From NCBI RefSeq assembly GCF_009914755.1, contig NC_060928.1: a stretch of DNA of 64,000 nt; one strand, 5' to 3'. The notes below the pieces were generated by a model. It was not told the DNA's origin, searched no databases, and saw only the letters and a program-made list of their open reading frames with translations. Made by a program: the position numbers and the translations under genes. Of the stretch, positions 44,461 through 60,399 are shown in pieces (position 1 is the first letter of the stretch; each line of letters starts with the position of its first letter). Source of the stretch: the human T2T-CHM13v2.0 reference genome, Homo sapiens.

Positions 44461-45001
44461 CATTACAACATATTTTATTACTTCACATTTGACTAAATTC
44501 TGAACTCAGCTAAATTACAATTTAAAGCTATCTATTTTCCAGAGTTTGAAAATGTAACCTGATTAAGTCACAGGTAACCTGTGAGACCTGCACTTTGCCC
44601 TCATAGTTTCAGGTCTCTGGGTCAAGGTAAAGTTAGGCTGTAGATGTACTGGCTACTCTAGAGGCTCAGCTTTTCTATACAGCAGTCCAGAGGGGATCAC
44701 TTGATTGCTGGGAGTTAGACTCATGCTTGTCACCAACCATCAGATATTGATTGCAGAAAATGAGGTTGAGGACTTCTATATTAGAAGATTATCATGGAAA
44801 TGACCTAATATGTAACAAAAAAGAAAGTTTGACTCTCCTTTTCATCAGCCATTGTAGTTGTCCTCTGATGGTCAAAGGCTCTTAACACTGTCAGGGACCA
44901 TGCTGCAGGAGTCAACCTGGCACTCACTCATGCATCCACCAGAGAACAATCCTGCATTGTTTCCTCTAGGGGATAGATAAGAACTCAATATTTCTTTGCC
45001 T

Positions 45002-45301
45002 TTTTTTTTTTTTTTTTTTTTGAGACGGAGTCTCACTCTGTCGCCCAGGCTGGAGTGCAGCAGCATGATCTCGGCTTACCCTCCGCCTCCAGGGTTCAAG
45101 TGATTCTCCTGCCTCAGCCTCCTGAGTAGCTGGGATTACAGGCGCCCACCACCATGCCCGGCTAATTCTTTTTTGTATTTTTAGTGGAGACAGGTTTCGC
45201 CATGTTGTCCAGGCTAGTCTCAAACTCCTGACCTCAGATGATCAGCCCGCCTCAGCCTCCCAAAGTTCTGGGAGTACAGGCATAAGCCACTGCGCCTGGC
45301 C
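45002..45301 (-). mobile_element. AluS; donor of the copy at 38 kb
   Basis: TSD ttctttgcct at 44992-45001 and 45302-45311. Confidence 0.92.
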
Positions 45302-45974
45302 TTCTTTGCCTATTTTATTACTGATATCATTCATAATATCTTCACCTGTTAACCATATTATTATTTATTTTGCTTAAGCAAAGGTATTCTGATTTTCTTA
45401 TTGTTACGTACATTGGTATTCATAAATGAATACTTGGCACATTTGCATTATTCTCTAAAATATGTAAATAAGAGAAATTCACAACGTCTGTCATCCAGCA
45501 TTCTCAGGGACTTTCTCCTTGGGTATTATTGATTTGGATACTTTAAGGAAAAAAGTTTTTCTTAGAAAGTTCTGATATGGGTATATCATTTCATATTCCA
45601 TGGTATAGGAAATGGTGGGTGGGAAGACCAAAGGGTATCTTGGTTTTTATAAAAAATACACTTTTTTCCAGCAAAATATTTTAAAATATTCAAAAATACT
45701 CATTTTATTTAGGAAAAAGAGGGAGAATCCTGTGATCCTGGAATCAGAGAACAGTTGGAAACCATCTTTTTTCTTAGCTCTGTTTTCTTGGTTGTGGTCT
45801 CAGTTCCTTTACTTCTAAAAGAAAAATAATAATAGCCCCTTACTGCAGACCTTTGTTTTGAAGATTAGTGAAACACTTTATTTGAAAGCACTTTGCTCTA
45901 CAGAAATGTGTCATTATTTTTCAGTGACAATTGGAAAAGATATTTTCTGAAGCCCTCAGGGATTACTGTCAATA

Positions 45975-46460
45975 CACCCCAGTCTCATTTTTACCCATCT
46001 GTGTCCATTCTGTTATGCCTTTGTCTAGGCCCCCACAGTCTCTCACTTGAATTATTGCAATAGCTTCCTCACCATCACGCCATTACTCTCTGAAATTCAT
46101 CTTCCATGTTTCTGCCAGAGATATCATTCCAAAACTCAAATTTGCTCATCATCTATCTCCTCTTTTAATATTCTCATTGATTTTCCGGCACCCACAAATG
46201 ATAGACAAGGGAGTTTATGATCTGGTTTACTTTTCTACTTTCATTAAATACAACTCCCCAGTCCAGTAGACCCCAGTTCAAAAAAACTTGAAGTTTCCCA
46301 AAGAACATATATTTTTCCACCTGGAATATCCTTTTCCACCTTGTTTTTTTTCTGAAAAACCTGCACACTTATTTTAAGACTCAACTGCTACCTTGCCTCT
46401 ACAAAGTCAAGCACTAACCTCCATGGAGGCACATATCACATCATCTCATCCATGAAATTC
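45975..46460 (+). mobile_element. L2 fragment
   Basis: tctctcacttgaattattgcaatagcttcctcac...tgccagagat. Confidence 0.7.
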
Positions 46461-46476
46461 TTTAAAAACAGTCCTC

Positions 46477-46824
<348 letters not shown>

Positions 46825-47021
46825 TCAAACATATTGTATGTTTTTGTTTGGAGTACTACATTTCTCTAGTGCTAAATGCTTACTGGCACTGTATCTGGTG
46901 TTTTAATAAACATTATATCAATTTAATTATCTCATTTTTACCTTTGCTTATTTTAAAATATACCATGGATGTGAAGTCATTCTAAGAAAAAGAAACAGAT
47001 ACATTTCTCTCATTATTACAG

Positions 47022-47125
47022 GTGTATCAACTTATCTATGCCTTGCTCCTGATGGAATTTGGGATCCCCAAGGTCCAGATCTCAGCAACTGTTCTTCTCC
47101 TTGGGTCAATCATATAACACAGAAG
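47022..47125 (+). CDS. ADGRL3: ADGRL3 coding exon, 104 nt, phase 1-0: C-terminal half of the HRM domain
   Basis: Acceptor tttctctcattattacag|GT and donor AAG|gtaaat. Encodes (G)VSTYLCLAPDGIWDPQGPDLSNCSSPWVNHITQK with the C..W..PDLSNC HRM motif. Too short to appear in the ORF track. Confidence 0.97.
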
Positions 47126-49077
47126 GTAAATCTTGTGACTGACAAGAAAGTCTTTGCTAAAACTATATCATCTGTTGTTGATGATAGCTGTTGGAAAAAA
47201 AACAGTCAAGAATTCTTTTAAAATCAATGTAGAAAATTTCACATTTAATGACAACCTCTAATATGTTATGAGCTAATTCTAGAATTTTGTTGTTTTTAAA
47301 GTGCAAATCCATGAATTTCTTCTTATATTGCTTATAATAATTTTATTATTAATAAAATTTCTCTGGTATTGTGCACTACAGCTATAAAAGTCCAAGAGGC
47401 ATTATACATTAAGCAAGTAAAAGTTTCTAGCATGTATACTTACGAGTTTTCTTGTGGAAATAATTATAATTTTTCAAAGTCTACCTTTGGAATCTTAAGC
47501 CATCTGATAAATGTTCTGTAACCTAATCATTTATCAATGATAAAAATATACACATGTGTGACAGAATCTTGCAGACTCAAATTTTCAGGGCTTATTTGGT
47601 TGCAATATGTTGAACATTTTTATTATTAATGCACTGTGGGGCTTTGAATTGATTTCATTACAAACAGAGACCAGATGTGCATTTATGCCAAAAGGGTTAT
47701 GGGATGAATCCTTATTATAGCAATTTATGTGGATTTATGCACTCCTAAAATGGAGAGTCCTTCTATGGCACATTAGCTATGCTGAGGAATTTCTGAGAGA
47801 GATTTTCCCGAGAAATATTACAAATGATGGCCTTACTAAAAGCCTGCCTGTGCCATTTGCTCTTTTCTCTATTTGTTTTTAACCAGACTTATCCTCAATA
47901 ATATACTGTATAATAATCCATAAATATCTACCCAGTAGATCATTTAGCAGATGAGCCATAACTATCTATTTACCCTAAATCATGGAAGAATAGTGGTTAT
48001 ATTGACTCTAGTTACCCTCTTACATATGCATCTCCGTACTTGTTGCTATTCATAATGATGCTTCTCCAGTTTCAGCACTGTTCCTGCCACAGTTTTTATG
48101 TCCTTTGATTTTATTACAATGTAGCTCAGACCCCTGGGCAAATAACTCTTGCTGGATGTGATCAGATTAAGAGATCAGTAGCATATCTCCCTACATTAGC
48201 AATTCTTTAAAAACAGTCCCTAGATACTTAGCCCAGGGGTGAATATAAATTCAATAATAATTCTTCTAGAAAAGGCTGAATGTTTTCACGATAATTTCTG
48301 AATATAGTTGGACCATTTTATTGTAGAAATTACTAGGTGACTTTAACTGATAATGATGCTTAATTCTTTTCTTTTCTCTGCAGCCCAGCTAATCTTAGGA
48401 CAAAAGATAATTCCTTTCAAAGACCAGACAGCTGTTGTCCATCTGATTTATGGACAGGATGTTTTTGTTTTGTAAAAAAATACCTCCTATTCTTCCAGTG
48501 CATTTTGTTTCATCCTGTAGAGTCTGTAAAACTATGTTATGTGATCATTATATTTAAACTTAAAGAACTTAGTTGATTGGAACTTATTAAAAAAACCTTA
48601 GATTGATTACTCAAAAATTTATAAAATCTTAAAAAGTGTAACAAGAGGCTTTTGAGCATTCTGAATCAGCTTATGTAACTTGTCCAAGGTCAGTGGTGGA
48701 GCTAATATTTTAGTTGAGATTACCTTCATCAAGACATCATACTTAACCACAACACTGGTTAAACCATGGATAGCTTATGATTGGCTTCACAGCCTTACAC
48801 TCAGTTACCTATGCTGTCCCTCTGCACTCTGCCTACTCTTTTACTTGGTTGTGTCCCTTATGCCTCCAAATATTTATGCTACTCATTGACTATAAATGAT
48901 AGTTGAGCAGGTTTCTTTACCACAAAACTCTAACACTTTTAAATATTAGTATTGAAAACTTCAAGAATCTGTTGTAGTGTTCACAGGATTGTTTGTCTAT
49001 ATTTTATCCCCCACCTCCCCAGCTGTCTTTCATAGAATTCATCCCTTTTCTCATCTCCTTCCTCTCATTGTAATACC

Positions 49078-49535
49078 TGTGTAGTACCAGAGTCCACACA
49101 GATGGAACACTTGAGGAGGTTTTGTTTACAATGGTATTGGGGCAGTAAAGGCAAACTGCAAGGGATTGAGCAGAAACCCAGAGCTTGTAGCAGGGAAGGA
49201 GCTGTTCCCAACCCCAGGCCTGTAGGGTACCAGATCAAAGGAGTGACCAAAAATAAGGAGCAATTTGTCCTTGGGAAGAAAGATGATCTTAAGGCAAGGG
49301 ACACAGCTTAGCCCCAGGTGGCCTTTCAGAAAGGAATCCAGGAGAATGAATACCCTGACCTTACTTACCCTCCACCCTCCATTTACCTGTCAAGCGACCC
49401 CACTGGCCAAACCCAACCAGAAGCCAAAGAAGGACACACTTAGTGACTATCATGTAAGTCCACCACGTAGGGCAGAAGGCAGGATGGAGGAGGGTAGAGA
49501 GTAGCCCTGAACTAGCAAATGGGAGGTACCCAACA
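49078..49535 (-). mobile_element. LTR33-like (ERVL) solo LTR
   Basis: cactggccaaacccaaccagaagcca...gggtagagagt...gcaaatgg. Confidence 0.7.
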
Positions 49536-49598
49536 TAGTCCTTGGCTTTTCTCCACTCCCTTCTCTCACCCTTCTTCTTTTTCCCATTGAATCAGCAT

Positions 49599-50527
49599 TG
49601 TTGTCTAAGGTAAATACCCATGGCTCATCATCTAGAGCCAAGAAGATTAAGGACACAGACACACACAAGGAGTGAGTTTAGGAGCAGAGTTTTAACAGGC
49701 AAAAGAAGAGAAAGGAGAACAACTCTCTCTCTTGTGAGAGAGAGAGGGGCTCTAGAATGGGAATTCTGGCCCAGAGTGGTAGTGCACCAGATTTTATAGG
49801 CAGGCTTGAGGAGATGGTGTCTGATTTATGTAAGGCCCAAGATTGGCTGGACCAGGTGTGATGTTTACACAGCCTGCCGGGAAGACTGGAAGGCTAGAAA
49901 TCTCACCCTAATCTTTTTTTTTTTTTTGAGATGAAGTCTCGCTCTGTCACCCAGGCTGGAGTGCACTGGCACAATCTTGGCTCACTGCAACCTCCAACTC
50001 CCAGGTTCAAGCAATTCTCTTGCCTCAGCTTCCTGAAGCTGGGACTACAGGCACACACTGCAACACTTGGCGAATTTTTTGTATTTTAGTAGAGATGAGG
50101 TTTCACCATGTTGCCCAGGCGGGTCTCAAACTCCTGAGCTCAGGCAATCTGCCTGTCATAGCCTCCCAAAGTGCTAGGATTACAGGAGTGAGCCACCATG
50201 CCCCACCACCCTAATCTTATTATGCAAATAGGCTTTCCACTTGGCAGGCCACGTTGCCTGCTCCTTACTGTACACATGGCTGGGAAAGGGAAGGAGCTGC
50301 CATTTTGATGCCTACTCCCAGGTAGCCTTCTCCTGTTGGCACAGCTGCCACCATTCACCTGTGCAAGCTTCTAGCTTGCCTTTCTACCTCTGCAGCTCCA
50401 TTTTACAGGCTGCTCTTTGTTAGAAAAGAAATGATTTGGGGGCTGCTTTTCATTAACAGGAAAACCTTACTGAGGACTTTCTTGCCTCACTATCTGCCTA
50501 AATAATTTCTTTTTAATTCCTATATCA
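49599..50527 (-). mobile_element. ERV1 solo LTR (LTR9/MER61 group) interrupted by an Alu
   Basis: Reverse strand begins tgatataggaattaaaaagaaattatttaggcagatagtgagg; TG..CA termini; TSD gcat / ccat. Confidence 0.75.
49916..50206 (-). mobile_element. Alu (S or J) inside the LTR
   Basis: TSD caccctaatctt on both sides. Confidence 0.9.
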
Positions 50528-50909
50528 CCATCTCCTTCTCTTTCCTTTGCCCTTCACCTCCCCTCTCCTCCCTCTTTGATTTCCTTTTTCTCACACCCTT
50601 CTGCTCTGATCTCCTACCTCTTTCCATTTCTGCAACTGATTTTTTTCCTGCCATTTGCCATGTTGAAAAATTGAAGTCAAATAGATATCTTTAATGTTTC
50701 ATTCTCCCCTTTACCCTCCCCCTGCTGCCAGTATAGTTTTGTGAATTTCAAACTTGTAAAGCAAAGGAACACTTTTTACCCCCAATGGAAACACAGGTGA
50801 AAAAAAACCACAATATACACATGCAAAAAAAAAGTATATATTTGAAATAGTAGTTTTCTTCTTCTCAGGGATTTTGTGAATTAATGTACCCTGAAGGGTG
50901 AACCACTTC

Positions 50910-51296
50910 TTTCTTAGTCCACTTGGACTGCTATGGTTTATGGTTAAAACAAACAAACAAACAAACCAACCATAGACTAGGTAGCTTATAAACAACAGAA
51001 GTATATTTACTATGGTTCTGGAGGCTGGAAAGTCCAAGATCAGGGTGCTGGCAAATCCTTTCTCTGATGAGGGCCTGCTTTCTGGTTCATCAGCAGCACC
51101 TTCTCACTGAATCCTCACATGGTGGAAGGGACAGCTCTCTGGGGCCTCATTTATAAGGGTACTAATCCCAGTCATTAGGGCTCTGTCCTCATGATCTAAT
51201 CCCTTCCCAGCGGCCCCACCTCTTAACACTATCACATTGAGGATTCAGTGTTAACATGTGAATTTTGGAAGGACACAAACATTCAGACCGTGCAAC
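50910..51296 (-). mobile_element. MLT1A0-like LTR
   Basis: tcttagtcc...gttctggaggctggaaagtccaagatcagg...ggacacaaacattcagacc. Confidence 0.85.
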
Positions 51297-51954
51297 CTCC
51301 TTCTCATCTTTACAGTGTCCCTGGAGAACTCCTGAGGACATGAAGGAAAGAGCACTGACTTGAGGATCTTGATAGTTGAGTTATGGTGGACATATCATTA
51401 ACCTCTGGATTCGTTTCCCCATCTGTAAAATGGAGTAGATCATTAATTTTATTATCAGTATGTGCTCACTGTATGTCACCACCATTATAGATTGCATAGG
51501 TAGCAATTATACTCAACTAAATGCACCAAGTTGCTGACTTTAGTTCAAAAAAGAAATTTTACATTTACATTTTCTTGAAAACATGAATTATGTTTTTTTT
51601 TCCCCCAGCAATCAGGCCAAGTGGAAGAAAACAGGTAAAGAATCTTGATGGTTTCAACTCAAAAATGAATTTGAGTCACTCATGTACTGGTAAAGTTAGA
51701 GATTAAATTCTGTGTGACACTAAAGAGTGGATTACTTTTCACTAGAGAAGATGTAAGCTGTTAAAGTTAGAATATCACAAAGGAATTTGTTGCGAATAAA
51801 CTAGCTGGAATACATTCATAAAGATGAGATTTAATAAAAAACATAATTTGTGCAGAAGAGAAAGGAGAAAAGCATAAGTTGTACAAAAGGGGACCTTTAC
51901 TCCAGCAATGAGATAGAGAAAAAAGAGAGGGAAAGGGAGAGGAAAAGGAAGACC

Positions 51955-52105
51955 AGTAGGTGGGTGGATGGAAGTCTTGATGGATGTAGGTGGATGGATG
52001 GATGAATGGATGGAAAAATAGGGAGAAGGATAAATGAACAGATAGATACATAAATAGATACATATCTATATACATATCTACATACATTGGAAGATAGATA
52101 TATGT
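51955..52105. repeat. Degenerate (GGAT)n/(TAGA)n simple repeats
   Basis: Read directly from the sequence. Confidence 0.75.
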
Positions 52106-53599
52106 CTCCAAATTAATGTTCTTAAAAAAGTTTCCAGTTTTTATTGAAAGCCAACAAGTTGACTCAGAGCCATGCCTCCTGAAACATATGCGGCAAAATA
52201 CCCGATTTCTCACCTATCTTAATGACTGCTGTAAAATCATAGTCTCTTGCCTCAGCTTGATCTCCAGCTTGCACTCAGTTTTTCAAAAAGGAGACTATTT
52301 TGCATACTTTTAAAGAATGCATTGTGGTTTATAATTTCACCCGTCTTTTTTCACTTCAACTTTGGTGATAGTATAGTTCTGTATAGCTTCTTTATTATTT
52401 ACATGCAAAGAGAAGTCAGCTTCCTACTCTGTTACATGATTCCACTATTACATGAAAAAGAATTGTCTATATTGTAATGGTGAGAATAGTCTCTTCCTAT
52501 TTCTAACAAACCAAAGTGTCTCTGTTTCTGTTTGTATACAAGTTACTGATAGATTTCCAGATACCGCGAGGTTATTCCTGTACTTTCTAAAGAAGGATGT
52601 GAAAATCTAGAAATAATGTTGCCATTTTACATCATTTGACATTTTACAGTATTTTACAACGTTTGACAACGAGTCAGTTATTTCCCCTAGAAACTAGGTT
52701 GAATCCTGTCTCCTATATCTTAAATTCCCCATTTTATCTTCCTTAGATCCAGCATGAAATGAAAATAAATTGCTTCTTTATTTTATCAGAGATTGGTGGC
52801 AATTCCAAAATTTTAGACTTATTTAACTTATGTTTAATTGTAAGATAGAAGCATTTTGTTGCTTATATACCCACCTGACTCAGATTTATAGTAAAATAGA
52901 CAGATCTTTCAAAGAAATGGTAGCTATGTACTTCAATGCTATGTGTAATTCCTTTATAAATTGTTTTGGCCCTTGATTAGTGGTTGATATGATAAAATCT
53001 CAATGCTGAATTTTAAAAAATTGTTTTGACTTGTATCAAAACTTAACATGTTATCTGTCTCTGTCATAATTATTATTTTTAACTAAAGCTACTGGGTTTT
53101 CCCTCCCTGATTCAAGTCCTAGATATAATCCCACCATATCAATATAGGCATTAATTTACTAATCCTCACAAAACTCATAACATTTCTCAGTGTGTATGTG
53201 CTTATTTCTGAGAAAAATTTTAGTAGAATTTAGTAAAAGAAGTTAGTGAGGTCTTTAAGCTATGAGATGTGGAATAAATGTATTTCAGCCCTGCCTATGT
53301 GCACAGAAAACTTGAGGCACATTCAACATATATGTATATTTTTATATGGAAATAAGATCATTATAGTCTACAATAACTGGAGTGAGAGAAGTAAACAGGG
53401 GGATCAGAAAGATATTCACTTTGGGTGCCACTGGAGAGGATGTGGGCCATTACAGCTGGACAGAAAATGTGGCCATGAAACTGAATTGGGAGCAGCTGTG
53501 GGAGAAATCAGTTAATGGTACCACCGTGGAGTTAGGAAAACCAGAAACCCAAGAATGGCTTTTGGTGACTCCCTTTCCTTCCCCTCCCGCACCCAGTCA

Positions 53600-54310
53600 G
53601 ACACTAGTCCTGTCAGGTGTAACTGTAAATTCCTCTCAGGCCAGGCCACTGCTTTTCACTTCTCTCCATGCCCACTACCCCAATCCATAGCAATTTCTCA
53701 TCACCCAGATCTCCTTTCATTCACTCCTGAACCCTCTAATCCTTTCCCCTGAATTTGACTTCAAATACAAACCTAATTAGACGGATCCTATTTAAGCTCT
53801 TCAGGACCTTCCCATTATTCTTAATGTAATTCCCCAAATCTTCATCATGACTTCTAAACCAGAACTACTTACTCTTCTCCTTGCTCACCTCTCCAGCTGC
53901 CTAAACTCCAGATATGGTGCCCTTTGTGCAGTTTCTCTAAGACTCCATGCCCCTCCCTCCTAAAAGCTGTTCCCTCTGCCCAGAGGCCCCTACCCACATC
54001 CCAATCTAATTTCTTCTTTCTATTCCATCTCAAATGAAACATTCTTCCTCAGAGAAGCATTTCCTAAATTATTCCCTAATCACATACACCAGGTTAAAAT
54101 GTCTACTCTACCACACTGGGATTCTGTATTGCTCTCAACAAAATTAAAATTATATATTTGTACAGATAAATTTTTAATAACTCTTTCCATGGCTAGTATA
54201 TAAGCTCCCTCTTACTAGAAAATATTTTATTCAACACTGACCTTAGCACAGGACTGTAGAGATTCAAATGTTCATCAGAGAACAAATGAATATGTAGGCT
54301 GAATGAACAA
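53600..54310 (+). mobile_element. L2 3' region
   Basis: gctgttccctctgcc...tcttcctcagagaagc...gtatataagctccc...gaatgaa. Confidence 0.7.
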
Positions 54311-54829
54311 TCAGTGAAATAATAGATGGATAGATAAGCGGATGGAGATAGCTAGACACAAACACATGGATATGCAGGTAGCAATATTGGATTCTGAAGG
54401 TATAAAAAATGTTTTTTCTTCTTGTTGTACCTAGTACTATGTCTACTCAAACCATGTTTATTCTAGACCTTACTTTTTATGTATCATATTCTTGGCTTAT
54501 TCTTTCCCCTCAATAGCACCCATTAGTATTCCGTTGTACCTTGTATCCCTCAACTTACCTTTCAAGGTTTCACTTGGTGGTTACTTCTTCTTGCCCTCCC
54601 TCACCTTTCCAGTTGTTCTGTATTCCCATAATACGTCATACACTTTCCTGTCACAACAGCTGAATTGTTGAATTCATATGATCTTTTATGCACCTCGTCC
54701 CAACCCCATGAGGGCAAGAGCTGTATAAGATTCATCTTTTATTTCCTCAGGAAATAACAAGTGTGCAAAGAAGCATTGAAAGAATGAAACATTTTTGCTA
54801 TGATTTATTCACTTTAAGATGAAGAGAGG

Positions 54830-54935
54830 GCCTGTAGCCCTAGCTACTTGGGAAGCTGAAACAGGAGGACTGCTTGAGGCCAGGAGTTCAAGGCTGCAGT
54901 TAGCTGTGATTCTGCTGCTGCACTCCAGCTTGGGA

Positions 54936-54967
<32 letters not shown>
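54830..54967 (+). mobile_element. 5'-truncated Alu right arm
   Basis: gcctgtagccctagctacttggg...cactccagc followed by poly(A). Confidence 0.82.
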
Positions 54968-55051
54968 GAATAGAGGGTCAGAAAATAATTTGTTATAGCA
55001 GTTTTTATTTTACTTTAAAAAGATACTTTTTATATTTTTACTATAAACATA

Positions 55052-55485
<434 letters not shown>

Positions 55486-55599
55486 TGAATGCCAAAATAC
55501 TGTTACTATTTTCAAGAGAATTCATTAGAGATTTTCTTATTTTACTTTCTGGTTTATAAAACTGCACTGTTGTTGACACATATATGGGCAGATGAATTT

Positions 55600-55732
55600 G
55601 CCTGGCTATTTTTTGTAGAGATGGGGTTTCGCTGTGTTGCCCAGGCTGGTCTCGAACTTCTGAGATCAAGTGATCTGCCCACTTCAGGCTCCCAAAGTGT
55701 TAGGATAACAGGTGTGAGCCATTCGCCTGGCC
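55600..55732 (-). mobile_element. Alu left-arm fragment without tail
   Basis: gcctggctattttttgtagagatgggg...gcctggcc. Confidence 0.82.
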
Positions 55733-56814
55733 TTCTTTATTATCTTTTGTATTGAGAATAATTACATTTTGACTTATTGGTCATCTACAATTTCAACTTT
55801 TTCATTACTGCACATAAAGAAAATGTTTAATTTTTTACTACCCTTTGATATCAATAAATTTTTATATAAGAGAATTGCATAGGCCTTCTTTTCCACCTTT
55901 TCGTTTCCCACTCCAATAATACAATAATTAATATTGAAAACTATGTTTGTATAACTACACAGAAAAAAAAAAGAAATGGAATTACAATATGAAAATACCA
56001 GTACCACTATTTCATTTTGTTCTCTATTTGATGACTAATTTTGCTATTCATAATGATCATTGATAGATGTAATTAAAGTCAATACTTGTATCCTTCGTTT
56101 TGAAGATATATTAATGAAGGAAATGAATTACCTAATTTAGTAGATCTCAAACTTTTGTCACCGTGGTACATTTAAGTGAATCATAAAACCTCAGAGGTCC
56201 ATCAAACTCTGACTTTTTTCTTATAGAAACAATATTGTGTGGTAACAAAGACGGAGAAGGAAACTTAATAATAATAACAACAAAATAATTACATAAGAAC
56301 CCATGATTAACAAAATAAAACAATAGTAATTCTACAAACATATTATTATAAGAGTATAACAGGTGAAAAATTATAACCTGCAGAATACTATGAATGGCAC
56401 ATTAATTAAAATAATGTCCCTTTGGAACATTATAGGAATTCCAGCTATCTTAGATATTTCTATGCCCAGTGGGGGAGTTTTGCAAAGTATGAGTTGTATC
56501 AGATATCTAGACTTCTTGATGGAATATTGAATTTGAATACTTATACTATACCAACATCTCACTAAATTAACTAATGAATACTGAATTTTAGAATGCGTTA
56601 CTTGATTTACTGTATTATCAGTAAGTAGCCCTAATTTATGTACAGAAATTTAAATGTATGAATTTTAATCACATTTATATCACTTTATGAACACTTAAAA
56701 GTACATTCATGACCCACCAGTGGGCCACAAATGCTACTTTGATCTACATTGAGTTTGTTACATACATATCCTTGAACCCTATAATGTATTCCATTTAGTC
56801 TTACAGGTATTTTA

Positions 56815-57219
<405 letters not shown>

Positions 57220-57399
57220 TTATATAATAATTGTTTAACATATTTTTCATGTAAAATTTTAACATTATAAGTAAGGATTTCTCTTTTCATTATAGGTAAG
57301 GATTTCTCTTTTGAGTCTCTTTTTAGGCTTTGTTCTATATATTTAAATATATAGAAATTCACATATATAAATAAACAAAAATATTGTATATATTATCTT

Positions 57400-58015
57400 T
57401 TTCACAAGTAGCATATTTACAATTACTTATGTAGTGTGTTTGTATTTCTCAATAGCATGCAAATATTTATTAGCATATATATGTAAATAACTCTCATATC
57501 TGCATTTATTTTAACTCAACAATATATCCTGAAGACTAATCTTAACATTATTGATCTCCTTCATAATTTTACACTTGGATAATATTTCATGGTATGGGCT
57601 GATCAGATGGTAGTGGATTATCAAAATTTATTAACATTAGTGTCAATGTACTTGCTATACAACCCCCACACTGCCAAATTTGACTGTCTTAATTTAAAAA
57701 ATTAATTTAAAAAAATTCCAGGGTATGAATCTGCCTGCAGAGTTTTATATAGTCATAATCCATTTTATTGTTTATCATAAACAAGCTGGAATCAACATCC
57801 TTGAACATTTCTCTTTGTATATCTGTGGGATTATTTCTTGTGGTTGATACTTTGAGTTACACAGTCTTCACATGTCAAAGTTTAATAGACAATGGTAATT
57901 TACTCTAATAGGAGCAATACAAATATACACTACCAATAGTAGTTTATGGAGGTGATATTCATTGAAACAAACCCTTGACACCACTTAATGATATTAAACT
58001 TTTTTTTTTTTTTAC
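57400..58015 (-). mobile_element. Ancient L1M fragment hosting the Y RNA copy
   Basis: ataaacaagctggaatcaacatccttgaacat...caaatatacactacca. Confidence 0.55.
57597..57690 (+). pseudogene. Y4 RNA (RNY4-type) retropseudogene
   Basis: ggctgatcagatggtagtggattatcaaaatttattaacattagtgtca...tatacaacccccacactgccaaatttgactgtctt follows hY4 along its full length. A-rich tail and degenerate TSD aatatttcatggtatg (57581-57596) / aaaattccagggtatg (57712-57727). Confidence 0.92.
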
Positions 58016-58347
58016 TTTTTGAGTTAGGCTTTCCTACATACATGAGAATATGACTGTAAATAATTTAGGTGTTCTAATCAGTTTAATTAATTTATTGTTT
58101 CTTTAACATTCAATCCTGATATAAATGCTAAGCATCCCAAGTAGATCATGATAATCGATAACCTACCTATTTAAATAAGAGTTTTAGTTGTGCCCCTTTG
58201 AGCTTTCTGAATACCCATTAGTCAAACAGCTTACAAAGAGAATAGCTTTCTCTTTATGTTCCCATGTTCTGTGTTGGACTGCCTTTAAAAAGGGGAAGAA
58301 AATAATTTTGTACATAATGATACTGTTATATATTTAAATAGTAATGG

Positions 58348-59262
<915 letters not shown>

Positions 59263-59309
59263 GTAGGACAGGTTAAAGTTTGAAAAGATACATATCAAAT
59301 GATTAACAA

Positions 59310-59598
59310 ACTCCTGGTGGCTAACAACTATACTCTCAGTGTTTTGGGAGGCCAAAGTGGAAGGATAGCGTAAGACCAGGAGCCCCATCTCTACAAAACT
59401 GAAAAAAAAATTAGCCAGGCATAGTGGGTGCACACCTGTAGTCCCAGCTACATTGGAGGATGAGCTGGGAGGATGCCTTGAGCCCAGGAATTCAAGGTTA
59501 CAGTGAACTGTGATGAGCTATGATTGTGCCCCTGCACTTCTTCAGCCTGTGTGACAGTGAGACCCTGTCTTACAAAAGAAAAAAAAAGAAAAGAAAAA
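59310..59598 (+). mobile_element. AluJ (degraded, internal deletion)
   Basis: Diverged dimer with tail. Confidence 0.8.
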
Positions 59599-59908
59599 GG
59601 CCGGGCGTAGTGGCTCATGCCTGTAATCCCATCACTTTGGGAGGCCGAGACGGGTAGATTGCCTAAGGTCAGGAGTTCAAGACCAGGCTGGGCAACATGG
59701 TGAAACCCCATCTCTACTAAAAATACAAAAATTAGCTGAGCATGGTGGCGGGCGCCTGTAATCCCAGCTACTTGGGAGGCTGGGACAGGAGGCAGCTACT
59801 CGGGAGGCTTGAACTCAGGAGGCAGAGGTTGCAGTGAGCCGAGATCATGCCATTGCACTCCAGCCTGGGCGACAAGAGCAAAACAACGCCTCAAAAAAAA
59901 AAAAAAAA
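59599..59908 (+). mobile_element. AluS inserted in the tail of the AluJ
   Basis: Full-length, with a small internal rearrangement near 59785-59808. Confidence 0.9.
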
Positions 59909-60399
59909 GTCTCTGGAAAGTGAGAATATAGCAAGGTGAAATAGAGATGTTCATTATTTTTACTTTGTACACTTTTTATTTATTTAGTGTAAATGTGTTA
60001 TAATCCTGTTTTAGTTTATTAATTTTAAAACAAAGAAGATTATAACTTGGGAAATTATGCTTATTTACTTATTCTTGTTTCTTCTTTCTTGTTTCTCATG
60101 ACTTTCTTACCAATTAATATATATTCCTAACTTCGAATTACCCATGGCTATCAAATTTGTTCTAGTGATGATGAGGTATTAGGTCTTTATCTGTTTTAAT
60201 ATTTTTGGAGTGTTGACCATTTGACATATTCTTGTAGAATGTACTTGAAAAAATCAGCATGTAGTTTCAGAGAAGAAAAATACTTGAAACTAAGCAATAG
60301 TTTGCTACCCAGCATACTGGGAGCAAAATTCCTTATACAGTTAGTAAGAAGATGAAAATCACTTTGAAAAGCCTGGATTTTATTTCTGTCAATTTTCAC

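Noticed and set aside
51767-52213. 148-aa minus-strand ORF
   Set aside because: Runs through (GGAT)n/(TAGA)n low-complexity sequence; no recognisable domain.
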